IMG/VR virus record: IMGVR_UViG_3300045454_000117
Location: 812-64,811 of that record
From: a virus
Lineage: Duplodnaviria; Caudoviricetes
Strand: one strand, 5' to 3'
Length of the DNA: 64,000 nt
Position 1 is the stretch's first letter, and each line of letters opens with the position of its first letter. The notes below the pieces were generated by a model that did not search any database, had not been told where the DNA came from, and saw only the letters and a list, made by a program, of their open reading frames with translations. The position numbers and the translations under genes are program-made. Shown here piece after piece: positions 55,554-64,000 of the stretch.

Positions 55554-56656
55554 GCCCGCGCCTCCGGCTTGGTGGGGTCGAAGTCGATCAGCTCCTGCGC
55601 CGCCAGCAGCACGTCGAGCCCCAGCCGGAAGGATTCGAACCAAGTGTCCAGAACGGCCGCCTCGGGCAGTTCGCACAGGCCTGCGACGTCCATGAAGCCC
55701 ATCTCCATGCCGTGTCGGCCGACCTCGTCCAGCTCGCGCTGGAAGTGATCGAACGGCACGAGGGTCAGCGAGGGCAGGTGCGAGGCTTCATCGAGATGAG
55801 GAAAATAGTCGACTGCCCGGCCAAAGTTCTCGACGAGCCAGCCGGTGCGCGCGGCGCGGTGCGCCTCGAACGCGGTCTTCAGCCGCCGCAACAGCGATCG
55901 GAGCGCCTTGGGCATTGCCTTCAGCGGATCGGGCCGTGCGATCATGAAGTCCGGCCGCTTCGCGTTCATGGTCGACGGAAGCATCTCCTCCGCTTCATCG
56001 ACCTCAACGCCGTAGCTTTCGATCAGATGTGCACGGGCTTCCTCATCGGTAGTGGCACCGTCCCAGTGGTAGGCCGAGAACTCCTCGAACATGTCCTCAT
56101 AGTTGAAGAGCGTCAGCACGCTGCCCAACGTTCCCGTTAGCGCCTTATACGCCGCGGCCCGCCAACCGACCGGAGCGACCGATCCGAACAGCGTGTCCGA
56201 CAGGACATTGGTCTTTTCGATCCAGCCGAGCTCGAGCTGTCCGATATCGTCGCAGATCACTGCGATCGCCGGCGGGATCTCGCCGTCACCGACCAGCACC
56301 ACCACCCGCAGGTTTGTCAGCTTCACTGGGGCGAGCAGCTCCATGACTGCTGCGCGGAACCCATCCTCGATGTGCCTGCGTGCCTCCGCGCGCGTGAACA
56401 GGCGCTCCGGCTCGCGCGAGGCAAGCCACTGGCCGATAATCCGGTGGTGATGTGCCAGCGGTGCGTCGAAGGCGCGCGGGACATCCGGCGAGATCTTCGC
56501 CGCCCGCCCAGCAAGGTCACCCGAGAGGCGCAAGCCTGAGGCCGGGGGGCGGCTGGAGCGGCTCGCCGCGCGGGGGCGCGAGGCAAACGCTCGCATGGAG
56601 GGCTTGCTCGGCCTCGCTGCAGACGGGGTCAGATGCAATTGCTGTGTCGCCATCAT
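55550..56656 (-). CDS. PRTRC system protein F
   Basis: Size and position between proteins C and B. Confidence 0.75.
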   Translation of the reverse strand: MMATQQLHLTPSAARPSKPSMRAFASRPRAASRSSRPPASGLRLSGDLAGRAAKISPDVPRAFDAPLAHHHRIIGQWLASREPERLFTRAEARRHIEDGFRAAVMELLAPVKLTNLRVVVLVGDGEIPPAIAVICDDIGQLELGWIEKTNVLSDTLFGSVAPVGWRAAAYKALTGTLGSVLTLFNYEDMFEEFSAYHWDGATTDEEARAHLIESYGVEVDEAEEMLPSTMNAKRPDFMIARPDPLKAMPKALRSLLRRLKTAFEAHRAARTGWLVENFGRAVDYFPHLDEASHLPSLTLVPFDHFQRELDEVGRHGMEMGFMDVAGLCELPEAAVLDTWFESFRLGLDVLLAAQELIDFDPTKPEARA

Positions 56657-56728
56657 CGTTTTCGATCCATTCGAGGAGCGTTTTGCGCGGGGGTGGCGCG
56701 ATCGCCGGGCGTGTCGATCGCGCCACGG

Positions 56729-56935
56729 TCAGCCCTTGGTGCCGACCGCGCGACGGTATTCGGTGACCAGCACGCCATTGCTGACACCGGCATCGACCGT
56801 CTCGGCGTTGAGAATCGCGGGGTAGAGCTGCGCGTGATAAGCGCGCAGCGCCTGGGGATCGTTGGCGATGTGCGCCGGGACCGGGAGGTCGATCCCGTCA
56901 TAGCGATACACGCGCTCCAGTTGATTGATCTGCAT
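56729..56935 (-). CDS. PRTRC system protein C (ubiquitin-like)
   Basis: L.R.Y.Y.G..LP, YP.I.NA, C-terminal RAVGTKG. Confidence 0.9.
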   Translation of the reverse strand: MQINQLERVYRYDGIDLPVPAHIANDPQALRAYHAQLYPAILNAETVDAGVSNGVLVTEYRRAVGTKG

Positions 56936-56975
56936 GGGAAGCTCCTGAATTGGGTTAAGGTCGGCGGGCTAGGGA

Positions 56976-57392
56976 TCACCAAAGGCTGGCCGGTTCCCCC
57001 GGCTTCGCATCAGCGGGCGGAGTGCTTGCGGGCGGCGGGGCCGCAGCCGCGGCGCTCTTGGCCGGTGAGGGTGCGGGCTTCGCCTTCGCGGCCGCGCTCG
57101 TCTTTGCCGCTTCGGCGGAGGCGCGCTGTTCCGCGAGCTGATCCGCGAGAGCCTTGCGGGTCGCGATCAGCTGGCCCAGCGCGCCCTCCTCGCCGCGCGC
57201 GAGCTCGGCATCAATCTCGGCGGCGCTCGCGGTGATCGAGATGGGACGGGCTTCGTCGGTCCCAAGGGCGTGCTTGGCCCCTTCGGCCTTCCTCGGGATG
57301 ATGGTCAGCGTGACAGTCTCGTCAGGTCCGGCCGCGAGGTCGAACCCGAGGGAATAGCGGGAGAGCAGCGGTAGCAGGCTGGTAATCAGCAT
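56976..57392 (-). CDS. PRTRC system protein E
   Basis: P....TA..AEID; Ala/Lys/Pro tail ending SLW. Confidence 0.85.
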   Translation of the reverse strand: MLITSLLPLLSRYSLGFDLAAGPDETVTLTIIPRKAEGAKHALGTDEARPISITASAAEIDAELARGEEGALGQLIATRKALADQLAEQRASAEAAKTSAAAKAKPAPSPAKSAAAAAPPPASTPPADAKPGEPASLW

Positions 57393-57454
57393 GGTGGCAG
57401 TCCTTCGTCTTGGTGGAGTTGGGTGCGCATCAGGCGCTCGGCGCGGCGTCCGGC

Positions 57455-59050
57455 TTAGGCAGAGGGCTCGCTAGTCGGCGGAGGGCCGTACTTGCCATCG
57501 AGCGCCATCGCGCTGGGAACGCGGCCCGCCCAGGCGAAGCCCGTGGCATTCAGCATCCCTGCGATGATCGCGTCGCGCTTTGCCTTGAGCAGGTTCGCAA
57601 AGGGCTTCGTGCCCATGTGGGCGACCAGGCCGCATTCCTGTGCGACGAATTTCAGCTCGTCGTTGGTGCAGCGCTCCAGGAACTCTTGGTCGACCTGCCA
57701 GCTGGCCCGGAGATCGACGTCGAACTCGAACGCGAGAACCGTGACGATATCGAAGCTGGGTACGTCCTTCGCGTAGGCGGCACCGATCGCCGCGAGCACA
57801 TCGCTAGCCCGCTTGCTCGGCAATTCGCGAAGCTCGGCCAGCTTTGCATTGTAGTCGCGTTTCTCGAAGCCTTCGCCGACGAGAAGCGCCGCGCGCGCCG
57901 TCAGCGTCTCGGGTCTGATCTGCGAGAGAGTCCCCGACATCGCGGCGGTGAGAACCGTCACCAGTCCGTGTTCCGGGTTGGCCACAAGGGCCCGAGCGAC
58001 CGCGCTACGCCATGCCGCTTCCCGAACGTCCGCGAAGCGCGCGGCGATGGACTTCGCTGTGACGGCCACCTTCGGGGCTGCTGCGGCCGGAGCGGGCTTG
58101 GTCGGCGCAGCGGGTGCCGGAGTGGGTGCCGAGGCCGGTTGCCCACTCGGCACAATCGCATCGGCGGTAGCCAGCGTTTCCGCCTCGGGGGCAGAATTCG
58201 GCTCGATTGGTGCCGCCTCCTCCGCTGGTACCGGCGCTTCCGCCGCCTTCGCCGCGGCGGCGCGCTCCTCTTCCTCGCGTCGGGCAGCATCCGCCGCCTC
58301 CAGCTTCAGCTGGAAACAGCCGCCATTGGTGCAATGCCCGTCATCGACATGGGTACCGAACAGTGCGCCCTGGACGGCGGAGTTGAACGGGCAGGCCGCG
58401 CATTCCGCCTTATCGAAGGTCGCGTTCGCGAGATCTTGCATCACGCGCATCAGCAGCTCGCGCGTCTTCCCGACATCGAGGTTCGCCGACAGGATCGTAT
58501 CGAGCGCCTTGTCCTGCTTGTCCCCAGGGACTGCTGCCAGCAGTTCGGCATGGCCGACCTTGATCCGGCGCTCGTCGAGAGCGGTCTTCACCGTCGCCGA
58601 CAGGTTGGCGAGAGCAAGCCGTCGTTCGAGCTTGGCGGCTGACCAGCCGAGGCGCGCGGCGGCCTCCGCCTTGTCCCCCTGACACGCTGCGAGAACGCGC
58701 ACCGCGGCATCGGCCTGTTCGGTCTCCGATGCATCATCGCGGACATCGTTTTCGTCGATCGCCGCCTCCAATGCCTCCTGATCGGTGAGGTCGCGCACGA
58801 TGACCGGGATTTCGCCGTCCGCCCCGAAAGCTTCCAGCGCCGCGCGATATCGCCGCCCGCCGGCGACGATCTTAAACTCGGCCGAGTCAACGATGGGACG
58901 CACCAGCACGGGCTGGAGCAATCCCCTCAGCTTCAGCGAAGCGACCAGCTCGGCGTGCTTTGCCGGATCGAAGTACCGACGCGGGTTGTCGGCTTCGCGC
59001 AGCTGGGCGAGGGGCAGCGTGGTCGGGCGGATTGGCTCTGGCGCAATCAT
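57455..59050 (-). CDS. PRTRC system ParB family protein
   Basis: NPRRYFD, G.LQPV.VRP, VAGGRRYRA, EN..R, C..CP.NS...C....CF. Confidence 0.92.
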   Translation of the reverse strand: MIAPEPIRPTTLPLAQLREADNPRRYFDPAKHAELVASLKLRGLLQPVLVRPIVDSAEFKIVAGGRRYRAALEAFGADGEIPVIVRDLTDQEALEAAIDENDVRDDASETEQADAAVRVLAACQGDKAEAAARLGWSAAKLERRLALANLSATVKTALDERRIKVGHAELLAAVPGDKQDKALDTILSANLDVGKTRELLMRVMQDLANATFDKAECAACPFNSAVQGALFGTHVDDGHCTNGGCFQLKLEAADAARREEEERAAAAKAAEAPVPAEEAAPIEPNSAPEAETLATADAIVPSGQPASAPTPAPAAPTKPAPAAAAPKVAVTAKSIAARFADVREAAWRSAVARALVANPEHGLVTVLTAAMSGTLSQIRPETLTARAALLVGEGFEKRDYNAKLAELRELPSKRASDVLAAIGAAYAKDVPSFDIVTVLAFEFDVDLRASWQVDQEFLERCTNDELKFVAQECGLVAHMGTKPFANLLKAKRDAIIAGMLNATGFAWAGRVPSAMALDGKYGPPPTSEPSA

Positions 59051-59481
59051 GCGGCCACCGCCCGCGCGGACGCGCCAAAGTGGTTAGACGTTGAGGCCCG
59101 GACGCCGCGGGTTTCCGTGGGGCCTTTTCGGTCGGTTAGACATTTCAGACCCGCAGAAAACGGTAGATTTGGAAGCCCGGCTCGGGCCTCCAGCCTTTTG
59201 ACGATGAGCAGCAATACCTACGCGGCGTGAGCAAATGAGTAGTTCGCGTTTAGATCGAGTGAACTGCTCCTGCGCCTCAGCAAGACGATTTGACTGCAGT
59301 GGGGCTCAACTAAAAATATAGATTGGCAGTGGAGCTGCGCACTTGGCGATCGAATGGACATCCGCAGCGACTCGCTGAGTAGCGGCGGATTGAGTGGCTC
59401 TTCGTTTGCCACTCCTGGAGCCCTGCCCTTTGCGACTTCCGCACTTGGGCGTTGATCATGTCGCGGCCGCAGCTTTGTGGG

Positions 59482-60192
59482 TCAGCTATCGGAGCCAAGC
59501 TCCGGCCAAGGCATCGCACACTCACTCAAGCCCGTGCGAAAAGAAAGGACCGTCGGACCCCAATCGGCGTCAACGTCGAACGCCTCGCCGATTCGATAGC
59601 CGCGGGCCGCAAACAGGTGGCTGTCCACCAGTTCATCGATGGGCCGATTGATACAGCCCGCCTTAAGCGTTTCGGGCAGTCGCCGATCTAGGATCAGCCA
59701 AGCAAGGCCGCCTTGGGTCGACATGTGACAGTTCCCGACCGTTGCGATCACCTCGACCGCCCGATCGACAACCCGGATGCCGGCGTATGCGAAGCCGGAC
59801 GAACGTGGCCGTATGACGGCGATGGCCTGCGCCGGCGCGAGCCAATCCGCATGATAGTCATAGATCGGGTCTATGTCGCTAGCTGACCGGCCGAACGGTC
59901 CGCTCTCCTTCCGGACCGCGAGCAGCGCCTTCCCCGAATGGCGCCGCAACCATGCGGGGCCTGGACGCAACCCGTTCAGGGCATCGTGGAATGCGATCCC
60001 GGCTGTGGTCACGAAGTCGTAAGCGACAGGCGAGACATACCTGACGCAAGCCTGCAGATGCGTCCGAAAACAGCGGGTGAACGCAACGTCGGCCAGCCCG
60101 CTGAGGGCTCGGACCTGTTCACGCGCACGGCGGTCAGCGTTTTGCAAGTCGCGACTTATGCGGGCCCGGTGATGGCGGTTGCGATGTAGCAC
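59482..60192 (-). CDS. Hypothetical protein
   Basis: Long ORF co-oriented with neighbours; start uncertain. Confidence 0.5.
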   Translation of the reverse strand: MLHRNRHHRARISRDLQNADRRAREQVRALSGLADVAFTRCFRTHLQACVRYVSPVAYDFVTTAGIAFHDALNGLRPGPAWLRRHSGKALLAVRKESGPFGRSASDIDPIYDYHADWLAPAQAIAVIRPRSSGFAYAGIRVVDRAVEVIATVGNCHMSTQGGLAWLILDRRLPETLKAGCINRPIDELVDSHLFAARGYRIGEAFDVDADWGPTVLSFRTGLSECAMPWPELGSDS

Positions 60193-60198
60193 ACCCGT

Positions 60199-61014
60199 TC
60201 ACAGCAGACGGCGCGCGCGGCCGGGTTTCACGCCGCCATCGGGATCGTCGGGCGCGGCCATGACCATCGCGAGCAGGTGCTGGGTCAGCATCAGACCGCC
60301 GCGCCTGTATGCCATGTCGCCCCACGTCTCCCACCGATCGAGGCGATGCGCCAGCCAGACATGAAAGCGGTCGCGCGCGGAATTGTCCGAGAAGGACTGC
60401 ATCCACAGGGTGCGGCGAAGCGGCACGGCCTGACCGAGACCATCGCCGATCAGCGCGATCGCAGGCTTCCGCCACAAGTCGCGCCTCTCAAAACGGAAGG
60501 GCATCTTCGCGGCGAGCGCCTCCACCCGGTCGAGCCAAGCGGCCGTTTCGGCATCCGAGGCTTTGGACGGCGCGAGCGTCTGGATCGATTCGCTTCCGAC
60601 CGGCATGCCGCGCACCTGGGACGGACGTGTCGCGGCAATCATCACGAGCGCCGCGTGTCCCTCTGCACTGATCCCGGTCCCGAACGGCGGGTCGCCGCCG
60701 GTCAGCCCCTGCGAATACACCCAGGTCCGATAGAAGCGCTCGAAGTCGTGCTCGCCCATGAACAGGTCATGCGCCTGCTCAGCGACGTGAACCACGCGGC
60801 GGCTGATCGCCGCGAGGTGGGCCATCATGCGCTCCAGTCCCTCTTCCATGGCAGACGATTTGGGCATGCCCAACCGGCCGATCCAGAACGCCTCGCGAAC
60901 CGACGTCCAGCGGCGCCCGTCCTCGTCGAGCAGGGTTGCGCCATGCGGCGAGCCATCGGTGTGCAGCCAATAACCCCACGGCAGCGCCGGATTGCGGATG
61001 TCCTCATACCTCAT
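60199..61014 (-). CDS. Hypothetical protein
   Basis: 271-aa coupled ORF. Confidence 0.65.
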   Translation of the reverse strand: MRYEDIRNPALPWGYWLHTDGSPHGATLLDEDGRRWTSVREAFWIGRLGMPKSSAMEEGLERMMAHLAAISRRVVHVAEQAHDLFMGEHDFERFYRTWVYSQGLTGGDPPFGTGISAEGHAALVMIAATRPSQVRGMPVGSESIQTLAPSKASDAETAAWLDRVEALAAKMPFRFERRDLWRKPAIALIGDGLGQAVPLRRTLWMQSFSDNSARDRFHVWLAHRLDRWETWGDMAYRRGGLMLTQHLLAMVMAAPDDPDGGVKPGRARRLL

Positions 61015-61727
61015 CGGCGCTGCACGGGCTGATATTCGGCAAGGCCGACCGGCGGACGATCGCCCTTGAGCTCGGGCATCGGCAGCCCTTCGGCGATGGC
61101 ATGGAGCTGAGCGGCCAGGTTGGTCGTCTCGCGAACGACATAGCGCTCATCTCGATAGACGCGACCGTTCTCGAGACCGAGCGGCGCAACGTGCTGGGGG
61201 GTCGAGGGAATGAGGTCATAGGGCTTGTCGCACGAGAAGCCGAACCACCAGAGTTGCTCCGGCAGCGTCGCCACCGCGACCATCGTCCTTGCATCGAACG
61301 GCGGATCAATGGGCGTCGACGAACGGCCGGCCGCGCGCCGCGGCACGCGGACGTGGCACACCGAGATCTCCTGCGGTTCGTATTCCTCGCACGGCGACGC
61401 ATAGTCGACACCGCCGTGCACGACGATGGGCGGGTCGTGGGGCAGCGCCTCCTCGCCTACGCCCGCAAGCGGGTGGTCGGGACCCACACCGACAAACCCG
61501 CACAGGGCACCATTGGTATCGCGGCGCATGATGCAAGGCAGCCCGGTGTCGCGGTCGATCCACGACACCTTGTCGGGCTCGGCGCTCCACGGGCCATCGC
61601 CGGACGGGTGCCTGCCGCGGACATGGTACACCTCCACCGGCATGACGTCCGTGCCGGCCAGCGGCCGGTGCTGCACGGCCGTCGCGACGGGGACCAGCGC
61701 CTTGCTGGGCTTCGGCTTCTTCGTCAT
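61011..61727 (-). CDS. Conserved mobile-element hypothetical protein
   Basis: G.LCG.VGV...HP, VHGG..Y, WWFGF.C....D. Confidence 0.7.
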   Translation of the reverse strand: MTKKPKPSKALVPVATAVQHRPLAGTDVMPVEVYHVRGRHPSGDGPWSAEPDKVSWIDRDTGLPCIMRRDTNGALCGFVGVGPDHPLAGVGEEALPHDPPIVVHGGVDYASPCEEYEPQEISVCHVRVPRRAAGRSSTPIDPPFDARTMVAVATLPEQLWWFGFSCDKPYDLIPSTPQHVAPLGLENGRVYRDERYVVRETTNLAAQLHAIAEGLPMPELKGDRPPVGLAEYQPVQRR

Positions 61728-61749
61728 CACCTTCTCCTTCGAGTCTGCT

Positions 61750-62658
61750 TCACGATTGCGGATTGCGCGGCATTGGCGCGTAGCGCTCACGCCAGGTCAC
61801 GCGCTCGATACGCGGACCCAGCGCCTTCGGGTTGGCATCGACCGCGTAGACCTGGGCGGCGAGCCACCATTCCTCCTCGGCGCGCCCGCTGTCCGACACC
61901 TCGCGCCACCAGGTCTTGCTCATGCCGTCCCATCGGTAACCTCGGGCGCGAAGGCGATCCTTCAGCTCGAAGGCCGCCCCGACCGCCCAGATGCGCCAGC
62001 TCGGCGCGCAGGCCCGCTCGAGCATCTCGCCAAGCGCGGTCTCACCCGGCCCGAAGTCGTGGCCGAGCAACGCGATCACGGCATCGACGTCGTCGGTTGC
62101 GCGGTGCGCGCCGTGATAGAAGCCGACCTGCGCCAGCAGCCAGCCAAGCGACCGGCCATCGAAGCCCCTCCCCCGCCAGTCGATGTCGTTGCACGAGCAG
62201 GCCCACGCCAGGTTCTCGATTCCGGCGATCCGACGCTCGAACTTCCGGCGGTCGAACACAGCGTTGTGCGCGCAGACGAAGTCAGCTGACATCAGCAACC
62301 GACGCACCGCGTCCTCGTCGATCGACTGGCCCTTCAGCGCCTCATCGGTGAGGCCGGTCAGGCGGACGATGTCGTCGGGCAGTGGCGACCCGGGATCCTC
62401 CAGCCAGGAATACGCCCGGTCGATCTTGACGATGACGCCATCGGGGTCGTGCCGGAAGCGTCGCAACGCGAGTTCGACGATCACGTCGTCGTCCCCGATC
62501 CCCGTGGTCTCGCAGTCCACCACGACCCCGATGCCGGTATCGACCTTTCCGCCAATGCCGGTGAGCCCTTCGCGGATGTCGAGTCGGCGCAGGATGCGCA
62601 CGTCGTCAGCCGAATCGATGGCGCACAGCACCTCGGGGCCGAGCGTCTCGTCCCGCAT
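61750..62658 (-). CDS. DEDDh 3'-5' exonuclease (DnaQ-like)
   Basis: VDCETTG, AHNA.FDR, HRA.DD. Confidence 0.9.
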   Translation of the reverse strand: MRDETLGPEVLCAIDSADDVRILRRLDIREGLTGIGGKVDTGIGVVVDCETTGIGDDDVIVELALRRFRHDPDGVIVKIDRAYSWLEDPGSPLPDDIVRLTGLTDEALKGQSIDEDAVRRLLMSADFVCAHNAVFDRRKFERRIAGIENLAWACSCNDIDWRGRGFDGRSLGWLLAQVGFYHGAHRATDDVDAVIALLGHDFGPGETALGEMLERACAPSWRIWAVGAAFELKDRLRARGYRWDGMSKTWWREVSDSGRAEEEWWLAAQVYAVDANPKALGPRIERVTWRERYAPMPRNPQS

Positions 62659-62727
62659 ATCGCCTCCATCATGTGTGATTGAGGCCCCGCCAGTCACCGG
62701 CGGAGCCGCGCGTCCCTGTGCGGCTTC

Positions 62728-63447
62728 CTAGCCGAAGAAGCGCTGCTCGATGTTCACGTCGAGGCCGGCCGCCAGCGGCGAGGCCGGATCCTCGGCAATG
62801 AGCGCGAGCGTGTCGCGCATAGCGCGTGAAACCAGGGCGTCGACCAGCGGGTCGTCCGGATCGAAGCCGGCGACGATACGCGCGTCCGCGGACGCCGCCC
62901 CGATCCGGCAATATAGCCGGCCTGCAACCTCGGCCTCCGCAGTCGCGAGCGAGGCATGGAAGGCCTGGATGTTCTCGCCGCCATCGTGCGATACGACGGT
63001 GGCCGTGAACAGGCGCGGCCTCGGCGACCGCACGCGGTCGAAATGCAGGATCTCGGCGCCCTGCCCGTCCGCTTGAGCTTCAACGGACTCCTCGTCATCG
63101 CTCGCGAGCGCGTCGATCATGCCGGGGTCGGCATCCAGACCAAGCGACAGGCCGTGGACGAGAATGCCGCGGATGCACGCCTGCCGCGTGAGGCAAGCAT
63201 CGATCGCGCTGGCACCCCCGAACAGCGCGCGCGGGGCGAGCAACCAGCTCATCGGGTCATGGCCCACGCCCTCGCGCTGGAAGCGTGCGCCCGTCTCGGC
63301 GGCGACCAGCGCCAGACGGACAAGCCCGCGGCGCGTCGTCGAGACGGCGACGTCGGACGGCGCGTCGTAGTCCAGGGGGTCGTCATATCGCGGCAAGGGC
63401 ATGGCAGCCGTCGCGTTCTGCACATCGAACATCGTCATCATGTTCAT
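62728..63447 (-). CDS. Hypothetical protein with an Xre/MbcA/ParS-antitoxin-like segment
   Basis: SWLLAPRALFGG.SAID. Confidence 0.5.
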   Translation of the reverse strand: MNMMTMFDVQNATAAMPLPRYDDPLDYDAPSDVAVSTTRRGLVRLALVAAETGARFQREGVGHDPMSWLLAPRALFGGASAIDACLTRQACIRGILVHGLSLGLDADPGMIDALASDDEESVEAQADGQGAEILHFDRVRSPRPRLFTATVVSHDGGENIQAFHASLATAEAEVAGRLYCRIGAASADARIVAGFDPDDPLVDALVSRAMRDTLALIAEDPASPLAAGLDVNIEQRFFG

Positions 63448-63542
63448 GCGTCGTCTCCTTCCGCCGTCCCTTTGTCGATGCGCGCCCACTCGGCGGTCTG
63501 ACGGGCGCAACCCTGAAGTAGCTACAGGGTTCAGGTAATTCA

Positions 63543-63566
63543 ATACTTCCGGATATATCGAAGTAT
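63543..63566. promoter_or_regulatory. Inverted repeat, candidate ArsR operator
   Basis: ATACTTC-N10-GAAGTAT in the divergent gap upstream of arsR. Confidence 0.4.
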
Positions 63567-63652
63567 GGAAAGTGCGTCCCGTTCTGAATCACCTCTTCTT
63601 CACGATGCCTTGTGCGTGGCTTCGCTTCGATTATTCTGGAGGAGTGGAAAAG

Positions 63653-64000
63653 ATGACCGCTATCACAATCATGAGCGCGCTGGCGCAGCCGACCAGGCTT
63701 GCCGTGTTCTCGCTGCTCGCGCGCGCGGGCGACGGTGGCATGACCGCCGGCCAGATCGCGGAGAAGACCGGCACCCCCGCGAACACGATGAGCGGCCATC
63801 TGACCATCCTGTCACAGGCGAGGCTGGTCAGTTCGCGCCGTGCCGGGCGCAACATCTTCTACAGCGCCCTGCCGGAGACGATCCGACAACTCACCGAGTT
63901 CCTCATCAAGGACTGCTGCGACGGGTGCGTGGAGTTCTGCGGCTTACTGGAGGGCAAGTCGGAACGGCCCGCGCGACGCGGAGAGATCGGGGCCGATTGA
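63653..64000 (+). CDS. arsR: ArsR/SmtB repressor with C-terminal Cys-Cys (arsenic-sensing type)
   Basis: ALAQPTRL.VF.LL, TMSGHL..L..A.LV..RR.GR...Y, DCC.G. Confidence 0.85.
   Translation: MTAITIMSALAQPTRLAVFSLLARAGDGGMTAGQIAEKTGTPANTMSGHLTILSQARLVSSRRAGRNIFYSALPETIRQLTEFLIKDCCDGCVEFCGLLEGKSERPARRGEIGAD

Larger units (their letters stand above)
52297..64000. mobile_element. Plasmid/ICE-like backbone region carrying a PRTRC system
   Basis: PRTRC cluster, methyltransferase, exonuclease and arsR; no transfer or att genes seen in the window. Confidence 0.6.

Overview
High-GC DNA, probably alphaproteobacterial and most likely Sphingomonadaceae (inferred from gene content), in two blocks. (1) About 1-51.7 kb is a nearly complete lambdoid-organised temperate prophage with a GTA-like siphovirus tail tip. 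From left to right it has: the 5' end of a tyrosine integrase plus a xis-like gene; a leftward early operon (HerA-like ATPase, RecT, Gp37/68); a cI/cro switch with GCGATWATCGC operators; a rightward early operon (GapR-like, Acb2/Tad1-like, RuvC-like, TGT/DpdA-like, DnaB, DUF1376 initiator with phased iterons); an inverted accessory cassette (T5orf172-HigA fusion, DUF4942 methyltransferase, ParB); ParB and ParB-methyltransferase genes before the terminases; then head, tail (with a -1 frameshift chaperone), lysis genes and terminal morons. (2) About 52.3-64 kb is a plasmid/ICE-like block carrying a PRTRC ubiquitin-like operon extended by a Zn-ribbon gene and an adenine methyltransferase, followed by hypothetical genes, a DEDDh exonuclease and arsR. 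The most unusual signal is a dispersed minus-strand regulatory code in the prophage: three copies of a 32-bp promoter-like motif and five copies of a TCC-CTACCAA-GGA hairpin that covers ribosome-binding sites. All family assignments come from motif recognition by eye; no database search was run.
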